From the NCBI RefSeq assembly GCF_001194135.2, contig NC_068988.1:78397618-78442554 (forward strand): a stretch of DNA of 44,937 nt, in the 5' to 3' direction. Shown piece by piece: positions 34,831 to 44,937 of this stretch. The DNA comes from Octopus bimaculoides (lineage: Eukaryota). Position 1 is the stretch's first letter, and every line of letters starts with the position of its first letter. The notes beneath the pieces are model-generated. The model made no database searches, was not told where the DNA came from, and saw only the letters and a program-made list of their open reading frames with translations. Position numbers and translations under genes: made by a program.

Positions 34831-34944
34831 ACTACTAACTAATATGGTATTATTCACTTCATTTTTGAGCACTTGGTTAATGTATTTATTTCTGCCGTCT
34901 TTGTTTGAGCATATGTTAAGTCTTGTCATCAGAACAGACAGCCT

Positions 34945-35195
34945 TTACAACTCAGAAGCGATTTGTACCTGCTTAACTTTTCTTCGCTCTCTTTCCTTGT
35001 GAGGTAGAATCTGCCAACATCACTGTTTCTGTGGAAGGTTGCTGCTAATGTCAGGATCTTGCTGGTTTAATGTTTCTGGTGCGGATTTCAGATGTTGACA
35101 TCAATACAGGTGTTGCAAATGCATTGTGAGGTATTTGCCCTGTTGTAAGAGGAAAGTTCTGTCTGTTTTAATATTCTTTGATTATCCTTTTCATG
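34945..35195 (-). mobile_element. R4/Dong-like RT C-terminal fragment
   Basis: QRILKQTELSSYN / HNAFATPVLMST / ILTLAATFHRNSDVGRFYLTRKE across frameshifts. Confidence 0.7.
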
Positions 35196-35247
35196 AACCC
35201 GAACCATGTGGTTAGTAAGCAAGCTACTTACCACACAGCCACTCCTG
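35196..35247 (-). mobile_element. 5' head fragment of OR-type SINE
   Basis: Reverse complement caggagtggctgtgtggtaagtagcttgcttactaaccacatggttcgggtt. Confidence 0.85.
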
Positions 35248-35720
35248 AGAGACGTTTCTGCAGCCCACATTTTAGTTAACCCAAGAGTGATTGGAGGACC
35301 CAACATGACTACTGAAATTGATGAAAGTTTTGTCACTAAAAGAAAAATTGTGTCGGACGTCAACTACCTTAACAATGAGTTTTTAGAGGTGTTTGTAGCG
35401 AAACGAAAGAGTGTCTAATGTTTATTGTCCCTGGAAAGTCTACGATAACATTTCTTCCAATAATAGAAAATAAGGTACTACCTTCATAAGTGACGAATGG
35501 TCAGCATATAAAAATATAATTAATATTGGTCATTTTCAACGTCTCACTGTTAATCGTTCTCTACACTTTGTCAATCCTACTAAAAGAGCTCAAACCCAAA
35601 ATATTGAAAGACTTTGGAAGAGTGTTGAAGAGAGAGAGAGAGTGAAAAAAAAAAGATGAAATGGCACTCACAGAGGCCTACTGGACTCCTATGTGTGCGA
35701 GTTTATGTGACGACAAGAGA
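35248..35720 (+). pseudogene. Merlin (IS1016/ISXO2-like) DNA transposase relic
   Basis: VIGGPNMTTEIDESFVTKRK, TKECLMFIVP, FISDEWSAYK, TVNRSLHFVNP....TQNIERLWKS, GTHRGLLDSYVCEF; frameshifted, TIRs not identified. Confidence 0.88.
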
Positions 35721-36135
35721 TTGGATTAAAAGTCTTAGATCCTTTTGATTCAGTACTTCAACACATTGCTGACTTTTGGCCTCCTCAATAGACATGGCAT
35801 GAACTGTTATTAAAAAATAAGCAGATTCAATAAGATGTTTAATTTTTTCAGTGTTCATGTTTATCAATTTTTTCAGTTTTGTATGATTTGTTATAAAAAA
35901 TATTACCAGATTCAATAAGATATTTAATCTTCTCACTTTTCATGTTTATTAATTTTTTTCAGTTTCCATGTTTATTAATTTTTTCATTTATTTTTTTTTT
36001 AATTGAGGGTTAAACAATTTTTTTTTAGTTGGGGAAGATAACCAAAAGTACCGATATTTTTCATAAAACATGGGGGAGATGACCCAATTTTTTAATGGAG
36101 ATGAGATAGCCAAAAAGTACTCTTGATAGGGATTG

Positions 36136-36350
36136 AGGCGGCGAGCTGTCAGAATCGTTAAGACACCGGACAAAATGCTTAGCGGCATTTCGTCCGTCTT
36201 TACGCTGTTAGTTCAAATTCCGCCGAGGTCGGCTTTATCTTTCATCTTTTCGGGTTCGATAAAATAAGTACCAGTTGAGCACAGGGGTCGATTTAATCGA
36301 CTTATTCCTTCCCCGAAATTGCCGGCCTTGTACACAAATTTGAAACCAAT
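36136..36350 (+). mobile_element. tRNA-derived SINE (family of 29723-29941)
   Basis: aggcggcgagctgtcagaatcgttaag...gttcaaattccgccgaggtcgg...gataaaataagtaccagttgagc. Confidence 0.9.
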
Positions 36351-36811
36351 ATTTTAAAGTACTCAATATTTTTATTTTGAACGAGGCAATCTCTTGTTTA
36401 CATTGAAGTAATTTCCTGGTGACCCTCTGAGCACTCAGGCGAATCTCCCAAATAGCATGAAACTGACTCTCTCAAAATAAAAATATTACAGATGACAAAG
36501 TACGAACCGGTATTCGTACAACATAGTATATATATATGATAAATTTATGGTTTCATACTTTACACCTGTATACTGTCACAATGATGCATTTACATGTACA
36601 GAATCATATATTCTGCTCAACAAAAATACTTTAAAATTGCTTTCAATACGTGTTTGATGAAATTTCAATTTTTTCTACAACATGCTTTTGTAATATAAGG
36701 GTGTGTTTTATGCGAAAGTGTGTCTCATACGCCGGCAATTACGGTATATGTGTATGTATTTGTGTATGGAGTTCGAATGTTTACATAAATACGTATTCAA
36801 ACGTGTATATG

Positions 36812-37110
36812 AGTATAAATGGCTTAGTGGTTAAGGTGTTGCATTCATGATTGCGAGATCGTGGGTTCGATTCCCAGATCGGGCGTCGCGCCGTGTTCTT
36901 GAGCAAAGCACTTCATTTCACGTTGCTCTGCGATCATTTCGACCTCTGATATGTAGCACCCGTTGCACCTGTACAAGTAATGACAATCTGATGGAGGGAG
37001 TGAGCTTATGTGAACACACTCATTTGATCACAATAAACAAATCATCTGTGTGGTTGCTCGGCAAGAAATTGTCGAACCCTCATACGTCGTCTAACGACGG
37101 AAGAGTCCAT
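36812..37110 (+). mobile_element. tRNA-derived SINE with CORE-like block
   Basis: A box tggcttagtgg (36820-36830), B box ggttcgattcc, gtgttcttgagcaaagcactt. Confidence 0.85.
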
Positions 37111-37116
37111 CATATA

Positions 37117-37460
37117 TATAATCAAATGTAATAATAACAGACGATGGATAATTTTCAGCTCATTACAGCTGTTTCTTACGCATTTGTAATAGAAGAATGA
37201 GAACATTCATCAGGTGAAACATAATTTTACAAATAAAAGAATATACCAAAAATACGGCAGGGACGTGGTTGAAATATGACGAGTATAGTTAGCCTCGACA
37301 GACTTCAGCCACGTCCCTTCTATATTCTTGGGATATTCATTTGTTTGTAAAATTCGTTTCATCTGATGAATGTTCTCATTCTTCAGTCAAAAAAATGCGT
37401 AAGAAACAGCTGTAATGAGCTGACAATTGTCCATCGTCTGTTATTATTCATTTGATTATA
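37117..37460. mobile_element. 344-bp fold-back: two inverted ~157-bp arms, each with an HHR-like motif (family H3; inverted PLE terminal repeats)
   Basis: 37117-37273 is the diverged reverse complement of 37304-37460; the 30-bp centre is itself quasi-palindromic. Confidence 0.85.
37358..37419 (+). ncRNA. Hammerhead-like motif with palindromic ACAGCUGU stem III; stem II poorly paired
   Basis: UUCAU-CUGAUGA-...-GAA-ACAGCUGU-A-AUGAG; 5-bp stem I, GUA triplet. Confidence 0.55.
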
Positions 37461-38879
37461 ATACACCAAGAGGGTTTACGACTTGTCGGACACTCTAGAG
37501 TATACCAACAACGTACAATTCAACGTAACGCGTACTTTGGGCCAGCCCCTAAGTGCTAGATACTCATAAGATTGGTTTTCTCTGTGTACACCACCGGAAT
37601 ATCCTATTTGATACTTATCAACCGTACGCCGGAGCCACAGGTTTATCCAACCCTACCTGGTGTATGTCTTTTCAAGTATCCGATTCTATCTGAATCCTTA
37701 TTTTACTATATATATNNNNNNNNNNNNNNNNNNNNNNNNNNNNNNNNNNNNNNNNNNNNNNNNNNNNNNNNNNNNNNNNNNNNNNNNNNNNNNNNNNNNN
37801 NNNNNNNNNNNNNNNNNNNNNNNNNNNNNNNNNNNNNNNNNNNNNNNNNNNNNNNNNNNNNNNNNNNNNNNNNNNNNNNNNNNNNNNNNNNNNNNNNNNN
37901 NNNNNNNNNNNNNNNNNNNNNNNNNNNNNNATATATATATATATACATACGTATATATAAATAAATGTGTACGTGTGTATGTGTGTATATGCTATGTATT
38001 TATTGTTGTGGCCTCATAGTCTTTTGCAATTTGTGTATGTTCATGTGAATGCGCATGTGGTTTTGTTTATGCCTGTGTATATTTGTGCGCACGTGTGTTT
38101 ATGTTCTTGAGGATGTGTGTTAGTTTGTGTATATGTATTAATATTTGCATTTATGTTTACGAGTATGCATTTCTGTGTGTATGCTAGAAAATACACTTGT
38201 ACTTATATGTGTATTTATGTGTGTGTGTGTGTGTGTGTTAGCAATATATAATTATGTCTATTTTTCTATCTATCTGTCTGTCTGTCTGTAGATAGATGTA
38301 TATGATATGGTGTGTGTGTGTGTGTGTGTGTCTGAACTATAATAAATGATGTTGTGAACGAAGATCCACTGTATGAAGGACTGTTGTCGTTTTGTTGTTT
38401 AGCTCCATATCTGACCAAGCAAACCATTAATCAAAGGCATTCCAACCATTACCAACGTGCCTCTGCGGGCCACATTATCCGGCATCTATTTATCTACAAT
38501 GATTCAAGGAAATTATAGTTTCTATTTCTAGAAGGTAGAACGACCACATAGAATCTCCAAAATTGGCGGCTCGTTTGTTTTGACAATGGTGGTGGTCATG
38601 GTGAGGTTGGTGGTGTCAAGTGTTGTTCGTGATGTCGACGTGGTGCAGTTGGCGGTGCTGGTGGTATCGGCGCGATGTTAGTGGTGCTGGAGGTGGTGTT
38701 AGTGGTAACGGGAAGTGTTGGTGGAGTCGGCGTGGTACTGGTGCTGTTGGGGGTTTCGGTGGTGTTGATGGTGGCTGAGTGGTGGTGTTGGCAGAGCGGA
38801 GGAGGATGGAATGGGAACCAGAAAAAGGAAGTCATAACTCGGTGCAAACTGATCGCCCTTTATATGCACCGAAGCACGT

Positions 38880-38882
38880 GCG

Positions 38883-38944
<62 letters not shown>

Positions 38945-39258
38945 TAAACACACACACATGTATAAGCATTTTATGCTTATGTGTGTTTACACTCATTCAC
39001 ACATACACAAAGATAAACACAAACATGCCCACAANNNNNNNNNNNNNNNNNNNNNNNNNNNNNNNNNNNNNNNNNNNNNNNNNNNNNNNNNNNNNNNNNN
39101 NNNNNNNNNNNNNNNNNNNNACACACACACACGCACGCAGCACACTAACACGCACGCACGTACACACACACACGCGCACAAACACACACACTCACGCCCA
39201 AACATACACATACAACACACACATGCACAAACACATACACACGCACACACACACATAC

Positions 39259-39302
<44 letters not shown>

Positions 39303-39449
39303 TAAACACACACACATGTATAAGCATTTTATGCTTATGTGTGTTTACACTCATTCACACATACACAAAGATAAACACAAACATGCCCACAAATTTATAT
39401 TCACATACATACATACATACATACATACATACATGCATGCATACATACA

Positions 39450-39480
<31 letters not shown>
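38880..39480. repeat. (CA)n/(TACA)n region containing a 94-bp segment duplicated across a gap (38941-39034 and 39299-39392)
   Basis: Identical segments, offset 358 bp. Confidence 0.9.
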
Positions 39481-39481
<1 letters not shown>

Positions 39482-39734
39482 AATATAGACATATATACAC
39501 GCCTACACATACATATGCATATATTATACTCATCTAAGCAATCGTACACTTATACACAAGAATCCACACGTAAATACCGAGGTGTACTGCCATATACAGA
39601 TATGTAGACATTGACGTACACACATGCACGCATGCAAATTACGCATATATTTATGCATATATTTATTCATACACACATAAACACAAATGTAGATATACTT
39701 GCACAAATGCAATATAAAGACACACACAAACGAA

Positions 39735-39845
39735 CCACTACCACGGTAACCATAACTACCACGACGACGACGACCACCACCACCACCACCGCCGCCATCG
39801 TCATCATCATCATCGTCATCATCATCATCGTTGTGGTCGTCGTCA
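39735..39845. repeat. Compound trinucleotide tract (ACC/ACG/ATC/GTC)n
   Basis: Direct reading. Confidence 0.9.
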
Positions 39846-39944
39846 TCGGATCAAACAGTTCCTTATTACAAAGAGAACTCCTTAACTACACAGCCATGTT
39901 CCAATTGCGTCGTGTCGCAGTCTTTCTTCTGTCTTTACTTTCAC

Positions 39945-39978
<34 letters not shown>

Positions 39979-40319
39979 GTGGGACGAGTCGGTCTATCAG
40001 CCGAGTCTATCGTGAATATTGTCGCGCCTCCTTCCTTTAAACGGGAAGGAAGAGCTATTTTCATCGTACTTGTGGCTATGGCGAAAGAATGTGTATGGTG
40101 GACGCGTCTGAAAGGTCTAGAGACAAAGACTTTCCTCTCTGGGCAATCTCTCATCAACTTCTTCAAGTATCACCTGAAGAGGAAGTTGAGAGTAGAAAGG
40201 GAAGTCTTGTCTAGTGAATGCTTCAAAAAAAGATGGGTGAATGTAGCAAGGATGGCACGTGTGAACGACGGAGCCATCTTGAGCATAACCCTATGAAAAA
40301 GAAAAAAAAAGAAAACAAA
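39979..40319 (+). mobile_element. 3' end of a Tx1/L1-like LINE ORF2 followed by an A-rich tract, 5'-truncated
   Basis: Open frame ...LVAMAKECVWWTRLKGL...FLSGQSLINFFKYHLKRKLRVERE.LS...FKKRWVNVA...* then aaaaagaaaaaaaaagaaaacaaa; begins abruptly after (ATCT)n. Confidence 0.7.
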
Positions 40320-40745
40320 NNNNNNNNNNNNNNNNNNNNNNNNNNNNNNNNNNNNNNNNNNNNNNNNNNNNNNNNNNNNNNNNNNNNNNNNNNNNNNNNN
40401 NNNNNNNNNNNNNNNNNNNNNNNNNNNNNNNNNNNNNNNNNNNNNNNNNNNNNNNNNNNNNNNNNNNNNNNNNNNNNNNNNNNNNNNNNNNNNNNNNNNN
40501 NNNNNNNNNNNNNNNNNNNNNNNNNNNNNNNNNNNNNNNNNNNNNNNNNNNNNNNNNNNNNNNNNNNNNNNNNNNNNNNNNNNNNNNNNNNNNNNNNNNN
40601 NNNNNNNNNNNNNNNNNNNNNNNNNNNNNNNNNNNNNNNNNNNNNNNNNNNNNNNNNNNNNNNNNNNNNNNNNNNNNNNNNNNNNNNNNNNNCTACATTG
40701 TATTTGTCCCATCTTCGTTGAGCCCTGTGTGGCTAATAAAAGAAA

Positions 40746-40747
40746 TG

Positions 40748-40820
<73 letters not shown>

Positions 40821-40829
40821 GACTGACTG

Positions 40830-40890
<61 letters not shown>

Positions 40891-40965
40891 GCATCTGTCT
40901 GTCTATCTGTGTTTGTCAGTGTGCGTGTGTATGTGTGTGTGTGTGTGTGTGCGTGTCTGTCTGTC
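40746..40965. repeat. (ATCT)n/(GTCT)n/(TG)n compound microsatellite
   Basis: Direct reading. Confidence 0.95.
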
Positions 40966-41207
40966 TGTCTCTTTCACTTTCTCTGTCGCCATGTGCTAAC
41001 CATAATTTATCGCCTTATTTATGACACTTGTGCTGTTTTATGAACGATAGGATCTTGCTCTGTCCTAGAATAGAACGTGTAGTGACCTTCAACTGTCAAT
41101 CATTGCTTGTGAAACAAAACCATGATCAAACTTGTTCTCTTTCACTATACGGGGATCATACAGAACGACACCAACTCATAAATTAACGATTAACATATAA
41201 ATATATA

Positions 41208-41365
41208 AGAGTGCCTGTGTGATAAGAAGCTTGCTTTCCAACCACATGGTTCTGGGTTCAGTCCTACTACATGGTACCTTGGGCTAGTGTCTTCTACTAT
41301 ATCCTCGGGCCGACCAAAACCTTGTGAGTGGATTTAGTAGACTGAAACCTAAAGAAGCCCGTCGT
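41208..41365 (+). mobile_element. OR-type SINE head
   Basis: ctgtgtgataagaagcttgctttccaaccacatggttctgggttcagtcc...ccttgggctagtgtcttctactat...cctcgggccgaccaaa. Confidence 0.88.
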
Positions 41366-42639
41366 GTGTGTGTATATATATATAATACAAATGATATATG
41401 AGCATATGCATGTATACATACATATATGTACATACCTACATCTATATGTATATATGGATGCATACCGGGTACAGGACGTCAAAAAGGAACGGGAACATAA
41501 AGCACAAAAAACGGCCTTTTTTTTACAGACAACAAAATAAACACATAGGAAAACAGACGAGCCACTTATGGAACTTTACCTTCATCAGCTGCCTTTATTC
41601 TAAACTAGGCGTTTCGAAGATGAGGCAGAACGCGCTCTTAGAATAGCTCTTCCCGAATAGTGGTTATGACTTGACAGTTATAAGTTATATAAGTAATATA
41701 AGTCATGGCGTATATTTAAAGAAGTTATTTTTAAGAAAAAAGAAATTTTGTGCGAGAATAAAGAATGAAAAACTAGTTAATATAGTTTTTATTAGGCTAC
41801 TTAAATGCAAACGAAAAAAACGAAGTTACTAGAGAATAGCTCTGTATAATGGGAAAAAATTAAGTGTAAAAACATATTCATTTGTGTGAATTAAATATAA
41901 GATAAACAAATAAAAATAGGAGTATAGTTGTTAATATTACAGAAATAAAGAAAGTAAATACTTATCCCATTGGACATCTCTATCTTACTTACTTGATAAA
42001 TGCTTTATTTGGAGTGTATATTACTTATATACTTATTTTTATATAGAGGGAATATTTCTTAAACATTTTTCACTTATATTTTCAAATAACCGTTAGCCGC
42101 ATCAATTTTAGTTCTTTCACAACTAGACACAATAACCACTTTTTTTTAGTATGCTCATGATCTTCCATAAGGATAAAATGTGTATATCCGAATATATTAT
42201 TTGCTACTTCCTCTATCTAGTCTTCTGTAAAAATAATAATAATTTTTTGATGCATTCATAAGGATAAAATATTTATATCGGAATATGGTATTTGCTACTT
42301 CGTCCATCAAGCCTTTGCATTCTTTTTCTGCACTGAGGAGAACAGTAATATGTAATTACCTTAATTTAATTTAATTACTTTCTACCATATTATTTACATG
42401 TTAATATTGCTGTTCGAAACGATCGTATGCATGTATTAAAATCCTTTTTTTTTAAATTTTAACATCTCATCTCTATCTTTAACAGTCTGTTGAGTTTCTA
42501 TGGGATACTTTTCCATAAATTCTCATCTCATACTGTATACATGTAATAATTTCAAATTAGCAAAAATCTTACGCCAGTAAGCTACCAACAAAATATGAAG
42601 AATTTTTGTTAGAAATCTCACGTTTGGAACCCTCCAAAG

Positions 42640-42670
<31 letters not shown>

Positions 42671-42861
42671 GGGAGAATGTACGAAAAAACAACAACAAAC
42701 GAGGACAGGTGGTGTAAACAACAAAAGTATGTATTAGTATGACGCTCGGGAATACGGAAAGTCTTTAACGTTTCGAGCTACGCTGTTCAACAGAAAGAAT
42801 ACGGAGACAAGGAGAAAAACACGGAGAAAAAAATTGAATAGTGTTCGGTCAACGGTCAATC
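42671..42861 (-). mobile_element. HHR-bearing short element (family H2) embedded in (TA)n on both sides; HHR at 42762-42798
   Basis: UCUUU-CUGUUGA-A-CAG cguag CUC-GAA-ACGU-U-AAAGA; one stem II mismatch relative to the 11129 copy. Confidence 0.85.
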
Positions 42862-42886
42862 ATATATATATATATAGATATATATA

Positions 42887-42917
<31 letters not shown>

Positions 42918-43348
42918 ATATGTATGTATGTGTGTGTTTGTATATATGCTTATGTGTGTGTGTGTATTTCTATGTATGTGTATGTGTGCATGTGCGTTTG
43001 TGTAATAGTCGGAAATACTTACTCACACGCCTCCGCCCTTTATATTTTTCAACTTGCTTCAATCCCTGGTATGCAGCTATGCTGTCTGTCTATCTGTCTC
43101 TCTTCCACTTTCTCCTTTAGTCTCTCTCGTTGCTCACACGTGACCATCGTCCATCTTTATTTTTCTCACGTGATCATCTTTCTTTTCTGTCAGCCTGTCT
43201 TACAGACCAGGCTTATTCTTATCAGTCTCCTCTTCTATCTTTTCTCTTGTCAAAGACAATATTCCTCCAGCATTCGCTACCTTACCTGGTCTGGCCTAGC
43301 AAACCTAAACATACACACACACACACAGAGAAAATCTGCCTTTTATAG

Positions 43349-43411
<63 letters not shown>

Positions 43412-44242
43412 GTGTATATATATATGTATATATATATATNNNNNNNNNNNNNNNNNNNNNNNNNNNNNNNNNNNNNNNNNNNNNNNNNNNNNNNNNNNNN
43501 NNNNNNNNNNNNNNNNNNNNNNNNNNNNNNNNNNNNNNNNNNNNNNNNNNNNNNNNNNNNNNNNNNNNNNNNNNNNNNNNNNNNNNNNNNNNNNNNNNNN
43601 NNNNNNNNNNNNNNNNNNNNNNNNNNNNNNNNNNNNNNNNNNNNNNNNNNNNNNNNNNNNNNNNNNNNNNNNNNNNNNNNNNNNNNNNNNNNNNNNNNNN
43701 NNNNNNNNNNNNNNNNNNNNNNNNNNNNNNNNNNNNNNNNNNNNNNNNNNNNNNNNNNNNNNNNNNNNNNNNNNNNNNNNNNNNNNNNNNNNNNNNNNNN
43801 NNNNNNNNNNNNNNNNNNNNNNNNNNNNNNNNNNNNNNNNNNNNNNNNNNNNNNNNNNNNNNNNNNNNNNNNNNNNNNNNNNNNNNNNNNNNNNNNNNNN
43901 NNNNNNNNNNNNNNNNNNNNNNNNNNNNNNNNNNNNNNNNNNNNNNNNNNNNNNNNNNNNNNNNNNNNNNNNNNNNNNNNNNNNNNNNNNNNNNNNNNNN
44001 NNNNNNNNNNNNNNNNNNNNNNNNNNNNNNNNNNNNNNNNNNNNNNNNNNNNNNNNNNNNNNNNNNNNNNNNNNNNNNNNNNNNNNNNNNNNNNNNNNNN
44101 NNNNNNNNNNNNNNNNNNNNNNNNNNNNNNNNNNNNNNNNNNNNNNNNNNNNNNNNNNNNNNNNNNNNNNNNNNNNNNNNNNNNNNNNNNNNNNNNNNNN
44201 NNNNNNNNNNNNNNNNNNNATATATATATATATATATATAAA

Positions 44243-44693
44243 TAAGAAAATTGTTTTCAGAATGAGATAAAAATCCAAGGCTGTAAAAGATTTTATAACA
44301 TTTATAAATAGAAGGTCTTACAACTGTTTTCGGGATATTTTATATATCCCTTCATCGGACACGGTGTGAGAAAATGGTTAAGCAATAGTTATTTTAGATA
44401 AGATATGAAATAGAGAGTGAAGTGGAGGAATGACAACAGACGTGAGATATGCAGGGATATTGCATCTGTAGATCCATTATTTAGGCAAAACGGTACAGAT
44501 ATAAGATTCCAACACCTTGTGAGTAAGTTCCAATAGTATTTAAAATAACTATTACTTAACCATTTTCTCACACCGTCTCCGATGAAGGAATATATAAAAT
44601 ATCCCGGAAACAGCTGTAAGACCTTCTATTTATAAATGTTCTTAAATCTTTCAGACCCTTGGATTTTTATCTCATTCTGAAAAAATTTTCTTA
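44243..44693. mobile_element. Inverted pair of ~154-bp HHR-bearing arms (family H4) around a 144-bp spacer; inverted PLE terminal-repeat structure
   Basis: 44243-44396 is the diverged reverse complement of 44541-44693. Confidence 0.88.
44575..44622 (+). ncRNA. Hammerhead motif with U4C core variant and palindromic ACAGCUGU stem III
   Basis: GUCU-CCGAUGA-A-GGAAUAU auaaa AUAUCCC-G-GAA-ACAGCUGU-A-AGAC; the sister arm (44315-44362, minus) also has CCGAUGA and a perfect 7-bp stem II. Confidence 0.65.
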
Positions 44694-44838
44694 TATATAC
44701 ACATGCTGATATATGACCTACGTTGGACACCTCATTCGCATAATCACTGAGCCTGGAACTTAATTATAGTCTGTCCATAGCACTTACTCAGCATTACCTG
44801 ACACCCTTTGGTCTTATTGACACCATTACCTCTCATAA

Positions 44839-44888
<50 letters not shown>

Positions 44889-44937
44889 AGAATAAGGGCA
44901 GGGAATCGTCAATTAATAATAGAATTAATAATTAACA

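Noticed and set aside
38575-38860. Thr/Pro- or Val/Gly-rich ORFs resembling mucin or extensin
   Set aside because: Degenerate (GGT)n low-complexity tract continuous with microsatellites; no splice or homology support.

Overview
Repeat-saturated, AT-rich, microsatellite-rich animal genomic DNA with many N gaps next to simple repeats. The SINE families and repeat landscape look like an octopus (probably an Octopus bimaculoides-type short-read assembly); this is recognition from memory, not a database result. No host protein-coding gene could be identified, and most ORFs in the track are microsatellite or N-gap artefacts. The window is a graveyard of nested transposon relics. Retroelements include Penelope-like elements (PLEs: probable Naiad-type RT, a second PLE RT, a GIY-YIG end), R4/Dong-like, RTE and Tx1/L1 fragments and several tRNA-derived SINE families. 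DNA transposons include a full-length but dead DD37D maT with TIRs and TA TSD, a decayed Tc1, a mariner deletion derivative, a Buster/Charlie hAT, hAT MITEs and a Merlin relic. The most interesting signal is at RNA level: at least four distinct families of short elements carry minimal hammerhead ribozymes (HHR) with palindromic stem III. They include recurrent catalytic-core variants (CUGUUGA/CUGUAGA, CCGAUGA). They also include a two-copy cassette in which a tRNA-like Pol III head, an (AAT)n spacer and an HHR follow directly after a Penelope GIY-YIG stop codon, a candidate PLE-driven, Pol III-headed ribozyme SINE. A second theme is short near-perfect fold-back hairpins sitting exactly at TE breakpoints. 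All alignments and translations were done by eye.
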